From Winogradskyella sp. (lineage in GTDB: Bacteria > Bacteroidota > Bacteroidia > Flavobacteriales > Flavobacteriaceae), in assembly GCA_028383925.1 (NCBI GenBank), contig JAOEWO010000007.1:15164-79163 (forward strand): a stretch of DNA of 64,000 nucleotides, read 5' to 3'. The notes under the pieces were generated by a model. It was not told the DNA's origin. It ran no database searches and saw nothing but the letters and a program-made list of their open reading frames with translations. Positions 50,955 through 59,256 of this stretch are shown here, in pieces. A program made the position numbers and the translations under genes. How positions within the stretch are numbered: position 1 is the stretch's first letter; each line of letters opens with the position of its first letter.

Positions 50955-52256
50955 TTGTCCAACTATAAACTTGGTCTTGATTACGCAAAGCAACAAGACA
51001 CTTTAGACGAATTAGCAAACTATAGACAGCAATTTCATATCCCTAAAGACAAAAACGGAAACGCACTTATTTACCTCTGTGGTAATTCGCTAGGGCTACA
51101 ACCAAAAGCTACTAAAACTTATATAAATCAAGAATTAGAAGATTGGGCAAACCTTGGTGTTGACGGACATACGCATGGCAAAAACCCATGGCTTGGTTAC
51201 CATGAATTATTAACAGAAGCCACGGCCAAACTTGTAGGTGCAAAACCTATTGAAGTCGTAACAATGAATTCTTTAACAGCGAATCTTCATTTTATGATGG
51301 CTTCGTTTTACAAGCCTACAAAAGAACGTTATAAAATACTTATTGAAAGTGATGCATTTCCGTCAGATAAGTATGCTGTAGAATCGCAATTACGCCATCA
51401 TGGCTACGATGATAAAGAAGGACTAATACTTTGGAAACCTAGAAAAAATGAAGAGTTATTACGATACGAAGATTTAGAAGAAATTCTTGAAGCCCACGGC
51501 AGTGAAATCGCTTTAGTAATGATTGGTGGTGTTAATTACTATACAGGTCAGTTTTTCGATTTTAAACGCATTACCAAACTCGGCCATAAGCAAGGTTGTA
51601 TGGTAGGTTTTGATTGTGCACACGGTGCCGGAAACGTAGATTTAGATTTACACAACTCAGGTGCAGACTTTGCCGTTTGGTGCACCTACAAGTACATGAA
51701 TTCTGGGCCAGGTAGCTTGTCTGGGTGTTTTGTGCACGAGCGTCATGCACATACTAAAGATTTAAACCGTTTTACAGGTTGGTGGAGTCATAATAAAGCC
51801 ACACGTTTTAATATGCGCCACGAGTTTGATGTTTTGCCAGGCGCAGAAGGCTGGCAATTAAGCAACCCACCTATATTATCTATGGCAGCTATAAAAGCCT
51901 CTCTAGATATGTTTAATGATATTGGTTTTGATAAACTTCTTAAAAAATCTAAAAAACTCACAGGCTATTTTGAGTATCTATTAAAACAATTAGGCGAAGA
52001 TACCATTAGAATTATTACACCAGAAAACCCTGATGAACGTGGTTGCCAGTTATCTATACAAGTATTAAAAGCAGACAAATCACTGCACGATAAACTAACC
52101 AAAGCCGGTGTTGTGAGCGATTGGCGAGAACCAGATGTTATTAGATGTGCACCAGTGCCATTGTACAACTCTTTTACAGATGTGTATTTGATGGTTGAAA
52201 AAATGAAAACTATTTTAAAAAAGCCTTCCCTAGCCCTTCCAGAGGAAGGGAACTAA
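50955..52256 (+). CDS. kynU: Kynureninase
   Basis: YLCGNSLGLQP, MNSLTANLH, FPSD, DCAHGAGN, WCTYKYMNSGPG, GWWSH, DWREPDVIR; TTG 50955 chosen as start. Confidence 0.96.
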   Translation: MSNYKLGLDYAKQQDTLDELANYRQQFHIPKDKNGNALIYLCGNSLGLQPKATKTYINQELEDWANLGVDGHTHGKNPWLGYHELLTEATAKLVGAKPIEVVTMNSLTANLHFMMASFYKPTKERYKILIESDAFPSDKYAVESQLRHHGYDDKEGLILWKPRKNEELLRYEDLEEILEAHGSEIALVMIGGVNYYTGQFFDFKRITKLGHKQGCMVGFDCAHGAGNVDLDLHNSGADFAVWCTYKYMNSGPGSLSGCFVHERHAHTKDLNRFTGWWSHNKATRFNMRHEFDVLPGAEGWQLSNPPILSMAAIKASLDMFNDIGFDKLLKKSKKLTGYFEYLLKQLGEDTIRIITPENPDERGCQLSIQVLKADKSLHDKLTKAGVVSDWREPDVIRCAPVPLYNSFTDVYLMVEKMKTILKKPSLALPEEGN

Positions 52257-52338
52257 TGATTAATATAAAGATGAATTCCAATACAGACAAAAGTAACAGT
52301 AAAAAGGTCTTCCCTTCTGGGGAAGATTTAGAAGGGCC
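52223..52338. repeat. REP-like inverted pair, family B, with both arms inside coding sequence
   Basis: Left GCCTTCCCTAGCCCTTCCAGAGGAAGGGAAC (52223-52253, end of kynU); right GGTCTTCCCTTCTGGGGAAGATTTAGAAGGGCC (52306-52338, start of kmo). Confidence 0.75.
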
Positions 52339-53770
52339 TACCCAAAACATATTAATTATAGGAGCGGGACTTTGCGGAAGTTTACTAGCATTAAGACTAG
52401 GACAACGCGGTTACAATGTTACCGTTTACGAAATGCGAACAGATTTACGTAAAACAGACATCTCTGCTGGCCGTTCTATAAACCTATCATTATCAGATCG
52501 CGGTATTAAAGCTATGAAAATGGTAGGCCTCGAAGACAAAGTAAAAACACTCTGTATTCCTATGAATGGTCGTATGTTACACGACAGAGAAGGCAACACC
52601 TTTCTATCTAATTACAGTGGTCGCGATCATGAATATATTAATTCAATATCGCGAGGAGAACTCAATGCCCTACTTTTAGACGAAGCCGAAAAACATGAAA
52701 ATGTGACCATTCATTTCAATAAAAAATGTACCGCTGTCAATTTCGAAAAAACCACTGCTAGTTTTCAAGATTATATTACAAAAGATGAGTTTATAGAAGA
52801 TGCAGATTGTATAATTGCCACAGATGGTGCAGGCTCTGCACTACGACGAAGTTATTTTTTAGAACGTAAATTCTTATTTAGCTTTTCGCAAAACTACTTA
52901 ACACATGGCTATAAAGAACTAAGTATCTTACCCACTGAAACTGGCGATTACAAAACCTATAAAAATGCATTACATATTTGGCCAAGAGGCGATTTTATGA
53001 TTATTGCATTACCAAATTTAGATGGCAGTTTTACAGTAACGCTATTTTTAAGTTATGCTGAAGGCGAATACAATTTTAATAATTTAACCACACCAGAAAT
53101 TGTTACGGAGTTCTTTCAAAAAGAATTTCCAGATGCTTTAGCATTAATGCCCAATTTAGTTGAAGATTTCTTTGAAAACCCAACAGCACCATTAGGCACC
53201 GTAAAATGCTCACCATGGCATTATAAAGGCAACACACTACTTATGGGAGATTCTGCACATGCTATTGTACCATTTTACGGACAAGGAATGAACGCATCTT
53301 TTGAAGATGTTGTAGAATTTGACAACGTATTAGAGCAAAATTTAGACAGCTGGGAAGCTACTTTTGAAGCTTACGAAAAAAACAGAAAAAAAGATACGGA
53401 TGCCATTGCAGATTTAGCTGTTGATAATTTTCACGAAATGAAGAGCCATGTTGGTCAAGCCATTTTTCAAGAAAAACGAAAAATAGAAATGGCTTTAGAA
53501 AAAGAGTTTCCAAACACTTATTCATCAAAATACAGTTTAGTTACCTTTAATGAACATATTGGCTACCGAGAAGCCATGGTTAGAGGTCGTGCACAAGACA
53601 AGGCTATTTTAAATATGTTAAAAGATGGAGACATCTCTACTGATTTTATTGTAAGCGGAAACGAAGGAGTCGACATAACAGACAAAGTCGTTTTAAAAAC
53701 CATTTTAGAAAAAGTAAAAATAGAAACTGAGGCGATTTTAGATGAAGATAAAATTGCAGGGTTGAGTTAA
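52256..53770 (+). CDS. kmo: Kynurenine 3-monooxygenase
   Basis: GAGLCG, GRSINLSLSDRG, DGAGS, ALHIWPRG, GDSAHAIVPFYGQGMNASFED; alternative ATG at 52271. Confidence 0.95.
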   Translation: MINIKMNSNTDKSNSKKVFPSGEDLEGPTQNILIIGAGLCGSLLALRLGQRGYNVTVYEMRTDLRKTDISAGRSINLSLSDRGIKAMKMVGLEDKVKTLCIPMNGRMLHDREGNTFLSNYSGRDHEYINSISRGELNALLLDEAEKHENVTIHFNKKCTAVNFEKTTASFQDYITKDEFIEDADCIIATDGAGSALRRSYFLERKFLFSFSQNYLTHGYKELSILPTETGDYKTYKNALHIWPRGDFMIIALPNLDGSFTVTLFLSYAEGEYNFNNLTTPEIVTEFFQKEFPDALALMPNLVEDFFENPTAPLGTVKCSPWHYKGNTLLMGDSAHAIVPFYGQGMNASFEDVVEFDNVLEQNLDSWEATFEAYEKNRKKDTDAIADLAVDNFHEMKSHVGQAIFQEKRKIEMALEKEFPNTYSSKYSLVTFNEHIGYREAMVRGRAQDKAILNMLKDGDISTDFIVSGNEGVDITDKVVLKTILEKVKIETEAILDEDKIAGLS

Positions 53771-53774
53771 AAAA

Positions 53775-53948
53775 GCCATCCTAAACTTCGCTAAAGGAAC
53801 TGAAAACAGAATTAACCTGCAAGGTTTTAAAAACCTTATAAGTTTAAAAAGTAGGATAAAGCATGGTTTAAGAACTGAACAATTTAATAATAACTTAAAA
53901 CTCAAATGCCCATATTGAGTTTTTCCCTCTGGGGAAATTAAAAAGGGC
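53775..53948. repeat. Degenerate family B inverted pair with a nested family C palindrome
   Basis: Left GCCATCCTAAACTTCGCTAAAGGAAC; nested AACCTGCAAGGTTTTAAAAACCTTATAAGTT (53814-53844); right GTTTTTCCCTCTGGGGAAATTAAAAAGGGC (53919-53948). Confidence 0.65.
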
Positions 53949-53959
53949 TTTTTTTTATT

Positions 53960-54367
53960 ATGAATGAAGTAACACCAAGAGGAGCATATCCACACGTTAA
54001 ACAAGTAGGCGATTTTATTTTTGTATCAGGCACAAGTTCTCGCAGACCAGACAATACCATTGCAGGAGTAGATATTATTGACGAAATGGGAACCAAAAAG
54101 CTTAACGCTTATACCCAAACCCAGGAAGTATTAAAACACATAGAGGGTAATTTAGCCAAAGTTGGAGCTTCATTAAAAGATGTCGTAGACGTTACGTCTT
54201 TTTTAGTGAATATGAATGATTTTGCTGATTACAATAGAGCCTATGGTGAGTTCTTTGAAAAACAAACAGGACCAACCAGAACAACGGTTGCTGTACACCA
54301 ATTACCACATCCTGATTTGGTGATTGAAATTAAGGTAATGGCCTACAAACCAATTACTACCAAGTAG
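53960..54367 (+). CDS. RidA/YjgF-family protein, probable 2-aminomuconate deaminase
   Basis: [38 protein letters not shown] resemble NbaF/AmnD-type deaminases; pathway context. Confidence 0.85.
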   Translation: MNEVTPRGAYPHVKQVGDFIFVSGTSSRRPDNTIAGVDIIDEMGTKKLNAYTQTQEVLKHIEGNLAKVGASLKDVVDVTSFLVNMNDFADYNRAYGEFFEKQTGPTRTTVAVHQLPHPDLVIEIKVMAYKPITTK

Positions 54368-54479
54368 TAATCTTAAAATTAAAAAGGATATTTCACTTAA
54401 TCTTAAAAGTATATATAAGACATTATTATAGTTTGGTGAAATTATTTTAAAAGATTCAAGAAAAGAATATTGTAACTTA

Positions 54480-54510
54480 AGACCTTAGAGGTTTTAAAAA
54501 CATTAGTGAA
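54480..54510. repeat. Degenerate family C palindrome
   Basis: AGACCTTAGAGGTTTTAAAAACATTAG shares the AGGTTTTAAAAAC core with 53814-53844. Confidence 0.5.
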
Positions 54511-54513
54511 TTC

Positions 54514-55992
54514 GTGACAAAAAAACTAACAGATAAAGATATTCCTGCCTTCGCAGAAATTAAAAACTACATAAACGGTAAGTTTCATAATCCAATCCAT
54601 AATAACTGGATAGACAACTATAATCCTTCAAATGGGGAGATTTATGGACAAATACCCAACTCTTCAAAAGAAGATGTAGAAAACGCATACAAAGCTGCCA
54701 AAACTGCATTTCCGAGTTGGTCGCAAACCACGTTAGAAGAACGCAGTAGAATTCTTATAAAAATTTCAGAATTACTAGAAGCCAACCTGCAACGTTTTGC
54801 AGAAGCAGAATCTAAAGACAATGGTAAACCAATCGCTTTAGCTAAAGCTATAGACATACCAAGAGCGGCAAGTAATTTTAGATTTTTTGGAAACGCCATT
54901 ACGCAATTTGCTAGCGAAAGTCACGAAAGTATTGGCCAAAATGCTATTAATTATACGTTGCGTCAACCTATTGGAGTTGTAGGTTGTATTTCACCTTGGA
55001 ACCTTCCACTCTACTTATTTACATGGAAAATAGCACCAGCAATTGCAGCAGGAAACTGCGTTGTTGCAAAACCAAGCGAAGTCACACCTATGACAGCCTA
55101 TTTATTAGGTGAAATTTGTAACGAAGCAGGCTTACCAAAAGGAGTTTTAAATATTGTGCACGGACTAGGAGGCACAACAGGGCAAGCTATTGTAGAACAT
55201 AAAAACATTAAAGCAATTAGCTTTACAGGTGGTACAACAACAGGAGCACATATTGCACGCGTTGCTGCACCAATGTTTAAAAAACTATCTTTAGAATTGG
55301 GTGGTAAAAACCCAAACATCATTTTTGCAGATTGTGATTATGAAGATATGCTAGACACAACGGTGCGTTCGTCATTTGCCAATCAAGGTCAAATTTGTTT
55401 GTGCGGAAGTCGTATTTTTGTTGAAGCGTCTATTTACGAAAAGTTTAAAGCCGACTTTATTACAAAAGTAAAGGCACTAAAAGTTGGTCATCCGTCTGAA
55501 GCAGACACCAATATTGGTGCTTTGGTTTCTAAACCACATTTAGAAAAAGTAAAAGCATACATCGCAATTGCAAAAGAAGAAAACGGAACTGTTTTATGCG
55601 GTGGTAATGAAGTAACAGTTAAAGGTTTTGAAAAAGGATATTATCTTGAACCTACAGTGATTGAAGTACCACATGATGAATGCAGAGTTAACCAAGAAGA
55701 AGTATTTGGCCCTGTGGTTACTATAATGCCTTTTAACACAGAAGATGACGTTCTGCTAATGGCAAACAAAGTAAAATACGGACTATCTGCAACGCTTTGG
55801 ACAAACAACTTAAAACGCACTATGCGCATCAGTAATGAGCTACAAGCAGGAATCGTTTGGGTAAACACATGGATGATGCGCGATCTAAGAACTCCGTTTG
55901 GCGGCGTAAAAGCATCTGGCGTTGGCAGAGAAGGTGGCTTTGAAGCCTTACGCTTTTTTACAGAAGCAAAAAATGTATGTATTAAATATTAA
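54514..55992 (+). CDS. Aldehyde dehydrogenase, probable 2-aminomuconate 6-semialdehyde dehydrogenase (ALDH8A1/HMSD type)
   Basis: DIPRAASNFRFF, ISPWNLPLYL, FTGGT, LELGGKN, NQGQICLCGSR, RDLRTPFGG; GTG start. Confidence 0.9.
   Translation: MTKKLTDKDIPAFAEIKNYINGKFHNPIHNNWIDNYNPSNGEIYGQIPNSSKEDVENAYKAAKTAFPSWSQTTLEERSRILIKISELLEANLQRFAEAESKDNGKPIALAKAIDIPRAASNFRFFGNAITQFASESHESIGQNAINYTLRQPIGVVGCISPWNLPLYLFTWKIAPAIAAGNCVVAKPSEVTPMTAYLLGEICNEAGLPKGVLNIVHGLGGTTGQAIVEHKNIKAISFTGGTTTGAHIARVAAPMFKKLSLELGGKNPNIIFADCDYEDMLDTTVRSSFANQGQICLCGSRIFVEASIYEKFKADFITKVKALKVGHPSEADTNIGALVSKPHLEKVKAYIAIAKEENGTVLCGGNEVTVKGFEKGYYLEPTVIEVPHDECRVNQEEVFGPVVTIMPFNTEDDVLLMANKVKYGLSATLWTNNLKRTMRISNELQAGIVWVNTWMMRDLRTPFGGVKASGVGREGGFEALRFFTEAKNVCIKY
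54541..54560 (+). repeat. Family A REP-like copy translated in the ALDH N-terminus
   Basis: ATTCCTGCCTTCGCAGAAAT (IPAFAEI); first 15 nt identical to 11201-11215. Confidence 0.7.
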
Positions 55993-56047
55993 CAGTTCTG
56001 TGATACTGAGCTATTTTTAGCATCTCATAACAATTAAAACAAATGAT

Positions 56048-56575
56048 ATGAAAATTAAATTAACAACTCTAGTCGTACTTTTAATAGGCTCTACAGTATT
56101 TGCGCAAAAAGATTGGACACAATTAACACAAGATGGTTTTGCGATTAGCTATCCTAAAGATTGGGTCTCTAGCGACCAAAAACCACAACCATCAATGCAA
56201 TTTTTATTGATGTCGGACGAAAAATCTCAAATCAATGATAAATTTAGAGAAAATATAAATCTAACTTTAGAAGATTTAGGAGGCCAAACATTGAGCTTAG
56301 AAGACTATGCTAAAATATCGCTAGAGCAAATAACAACACAAATCCCTAGTGCTAAAGTTATTGTAAATGAAACGACTAAAATTAATGATTACGAAGCACG
56401 CTCTGTAATTTGGTCTGCTGATTTTGGAAATGGAATGGTCTTAAAATTTAAACAAGTATTTATATTAAATGGAGGTATGGCTTATGTCTTAACCTTTTCA
56501 TCTACAAGTGCAGAATATAACGATTATATTGAAGTAGGAGATAAAATCCTTAACAGTTTTAAACTCGCCAAATAA
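56048..56575 (+). CDS. Secreted PsbP/DcrB-like protein
   Basis: Signal peptide ending VFA-Q, FAISYPKDW, FRENINL, AYVLTFS, ILNSFKL. Confidence 0.7.
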   Translation: MKIKLTTLVVLLIGSTVFAQKDWTQLTQDGFAISYPKDWVSSDQKPQPSMQFLLMSDEKSQINDKFRENINLTLEDLGGQTLSLEDYAKISLEQITTQIPSAKVIVNETTKINDYEARSVIWSADFGNGMVLKFKQVFILNGGMAYVLTFSSTSAEYNDYIEVGDKILNSFKLAK

Positions 56576-57358
56576 ATGAATTTTAACCTTAACAACAAAC
56601 ACGCATTAGTTTGTGGCAGTACAGCAGGTATAGGTAAAGCAACAGCTTTAGCACTAGCAGAAGAAGGTGTAATAATCACTCTAATTGCCAGAAACGAAGA
56701 TAAGCTAAAAGCCACGCTTGCAGAGTTACCTCAACACAGACCACATAATTATATTGTAGCAGATTTTTCTAACCCTATAGATTTAAAACAAAAAGTGAGT
56801 GATTACATTTCTAATCATCATGGGTTTCATATCTTAATTAACAATACAGGCGGACCAAAAGGTGGACCAGTGTTTTCTGCAGATATCTCTGAATTTGAAA
56901 GCGCCTTTACACAACACCTTAAATGCAATCATGTATTAGCACAAAGTGTCGTTCCTTTTATGAAAACTGAAGGTTTTGGAAGAATTATTAATGTAATTTC
57001 TACATCTGTAAAACAACCCTTAGATGGCTTAGGTGTAAGTAATACTATTAGAGGTGCTGTTGCAAATTGGAGCAAGACTTTAGCGAATGAATTGGGTCAA
57101 TTTGGCATAACAGTAAATAACGTATTACCAGGTGCAACAGGCACAGAACGTTTAACTGAAATTATAAAAAACAAATCGGCTAAAATGGGTAATACAGAAG
57201 AAGAAGCTGCAAATGCTATGAAAAGTGCCGTACCTGCAAAACGCTTTGCTAAACCCGAAGAATTGGCAGATGCTATAACATTTTTAGCAAGTGAGCGTGC
57301 TGGTTACATTAATGGTATTAACTTACCTGTTGATGGAGGACGTACAAAAAGTTTGTAA
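56576..57358 (+). CDS. Atypical short-chain dehydrogenase/reductase (SxxxR in place of YxxxK)
   Basis: CGSTAGIG Rossmann motif, LINNTGGP, GLGVSNTIR, NNVLPG, PVDGG. Confidence 0.9.
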   Translation: MNFNLNNKHALVCGSTAGIGKATALALAEEGVIITLIARNEDKLKATLAELPQHRPHNYIVADFSNPIDLKQKVSDYISNHHGFHILINNTGGPKGGPVFSADISEFESAFTQHLKCNHVLAQSVVPFMKTEGFGRIINVISTSVKQPLDGLGVSNTIRGAVANWSKTLANELGQFGITVNNVLPGATGTERLTEIIKNKSAKMGNTEEEAANAMKSAVPAKRFAKPEELADAITFLASERAGYINGINLPVDGGRTKSL

Positions 57359-57370
57359 ATTTATACGACT

Positions 57371-57445
57371 TGTCATTCTTGCGAAAGCAGGAATCCACAA
57401 TATAAACAACACTAAAAACAGATTCTGGCCTAGGTCGGAATGACA
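57371..57445. repeat. REP-like inverted pair, family A
   Basis: TGTCATTCTTGCGAAAGCAGGAATCC (57371-57396) and GATTCTGGCCTAGGTCGGAATGACA (57421-57445); outer ends TGTCATTC/GAATGACA are complementary. Confidence 0.8.
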
Positions 57446-57458
57446 AAATAAAAACATT

Positions 57459-57995
57459 ATGAGCAAACTGTTTCCACCCCTGAATTTTAAAGCTTGGATT
57501 GAAGAAAACCGACACTTATTAAAACCACCTGTTGGCAACAAAGTGGTATGGAAAGATGGTGATTTTATTGTAATGGTTGTTGGTGGACCAAACAATAGAA
57601 AAGATTATCATTATAATGAAACACCAGAATTTTTCTATCAAATAGAAGGTGATATGGTTTTAAAAGTTATAGACGAAGGTGTACCAAAGGATATTGATAT
57701 AAGAGAAGGAGACATCTTTTTATTACCACCAAAGGTGCCGCATTCTCCTCAACGTGGCCCAAATACAGTGGGCTTAGTTATAGAATACCCAAGAGAAAAA
57801 GGAGTAAAAGATGCGCTACTTTGGTTTTGCGAAAACTGTACCACCAAACTTTACGAAGAAGATTTTACAGTAGAAAATATTGAAACCGATATGCCCGTAA
57901 TATTTGACAACTATTATGGTGATGCAAATAAACGCAGCTGCCCAAATTGTAAAGCTGTAATGCAACCGCCAAAAAAAGTAAAGGTAGAAGACTAA
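57459..57995 (+). CDS. nbaC: 3-hydroxyanthranilate 3,4-dioxygenase
   Basis: [30 protein letters not shown], rubredoxin-like CENC/CPNC. Confidence 0.96.
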   Translation: MSKLFPPLNFKAWIEENRHLLKPPVGNKVVWKDGDFIVMVVGGPNNRKDYHYNETPEFFYQIEGDMVLKVIDEGVPKDIDIREGDIFLLPPKVPHSPQRGPNTVGLVIEYPREKGVKDALLWFCENCTTKLYEEDFTVENIETDMPVIFDNYYGDANKRSCPNCKAVMQPPKKVKVED

Positions 57996-58093
57996 ATAGT
58001 CTCATTTAATTCCCACTAAGGAAGACCTAACAATGACTTGTTTATTAAAATGTAAATTAGAAAAGAGACGCGAAATCGGACTCTGTATAGCAT

Positions 58094-59182
58094 ATGGAAC
58101 AAAAACGAAAACTTAGAATAAACGGCCACTCACACTTATTACCTTACCCAGAGGACATCCCTCAGTTTATGAAAGATAAAGGTATTTTTTGGGTAGATAA
58201 GGATCGTAAATTTATGCTTCAAAAAGATTGGAATCGCCCAATCACAGATTCTAGTTTCTTTTTAGATGAGAAACTCGAGTGGATGGAGCGCTATAAATTA
58301 GACCATGCTGTAGTTTTAAATTTATCGCAATTGTATGGCAACGGACTTAGGGTTGAAGAGATGAAGCAAGCCTTAAGGTTTCAAAATGACTTTAATGCAA
58401 AAGTTCAAAAAGAGCACCCAAGTAAGTTTACATGTGGCTTTGTAGTACACCCAGGTTTTGTTCAGGGTGCGTGCTGGGAGATTAAGCGTTGTGTTGAAGA
58501 ATTAGGCATGCAATTACTTTGTTTACCTACGCATTACATGGATACTATTGGGACGTGGCGTTGTATTTTTGATGAAGAAAATGAACCCATTTTTGAGCTT
58601 GCAAACAAATATAATTTAGCCATAGAAATACACCCTTATGATGGTGAAAAATTTATAAAATTAGAAAATACCTCATGGCGGTTTCATTTAATTTGGATGC
58701 TAGCACAATGTGCAGATGCTTATCATTTTTTAACTCTTAACGGCTACCAAGATAAATACCCTAATATGAGAACCTGTTTTGCTCATGGCGGACAATTAGC
58801 ACAAATTAATTTGGGCAGACGTATTCAAGGATTTGATGGTAGACCCGATTTATTTGAAGGTAAAAGTCACCCAAGAAAAGCTGTTGGACATAAAAACATA
58901 TTTTTTGACACCCTTGTGCACGATACAGGTGGCTTAGAGTTACTTATTAAAAACCAAGGTTCTAAACAAGTTTTAATGGGCTTAGACGACCCATATCCTT
59001 TAGGAGAAATGGAAAGCGAAAAGCAATCGTCTTATCCTGGTAAAATTTTAGATTTAGCGATAGAACGAGATATTATTACAGAAACTGAGCGCGATGCCAT
59101 TTGGGAAGATAATGTTATACAATGGCTTTGTGGTGATGATGAAGTGGCAAAACAGAAGTTAATTTCTAGAATACTATCTTAA
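58094..59182 (+). CDS. Amidohydrolase-2 family protein, probable ACMS decarboxylase
   Basis: NGHSH, EIHP, AHGG, FDTLVHD, GLDDPYPLGE correspond to ACMSD metal motifs; follows the 3-HAO gene. Confidence 0.8.
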   Translation: MEQKRKLRINGHSHLLPYPEDIPQFMKDKGIFWVDKDRKFMLQKDWNRPITDSSFFLDEKLEWMERYKLDHAVVLNLSQLYGNGLRVEEMKQALRFQNDFNAKVQKEHPSKFTCGFVVHPGFVQGACWEIKRCVEELGMQLLCLPTHYMDTIGTWRCIFDEENEPIFELANKYNLAIEIHPYDGEKFIKLENTSWRFHLIWMLAQCADAYHFLTLNGYQDKYPNMRTCFAHGGQLAQINLGRRIQGFDGRPDLFEGKSHPRKAVGHKNIFFDTLVHDTGGLELLIKNQGSKQVLMGLDDPYPLGEMESEKQSSYPGKILDLAIERDIITETERDAIWEDNVIQWLCGDDEVAKQKLISRILS

Positions 59183-59256
59183 GTTATACACTGCCGTTTA
59201 AGACGTAAACGACTTATATTACACTACTATAAACCGACAAATAAAACTAATCTTAT

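Noticed and set aside
53738-54004. 88-aa minus-strand ORF
   Set aside because: Made of repeat arms and antisense overlaps; no coding features
57318-57595. Two minus-strand ORFs including a WIPAFARMT peptide
   Set aside because: Translation of the family A repeat plus antisense of nbaC
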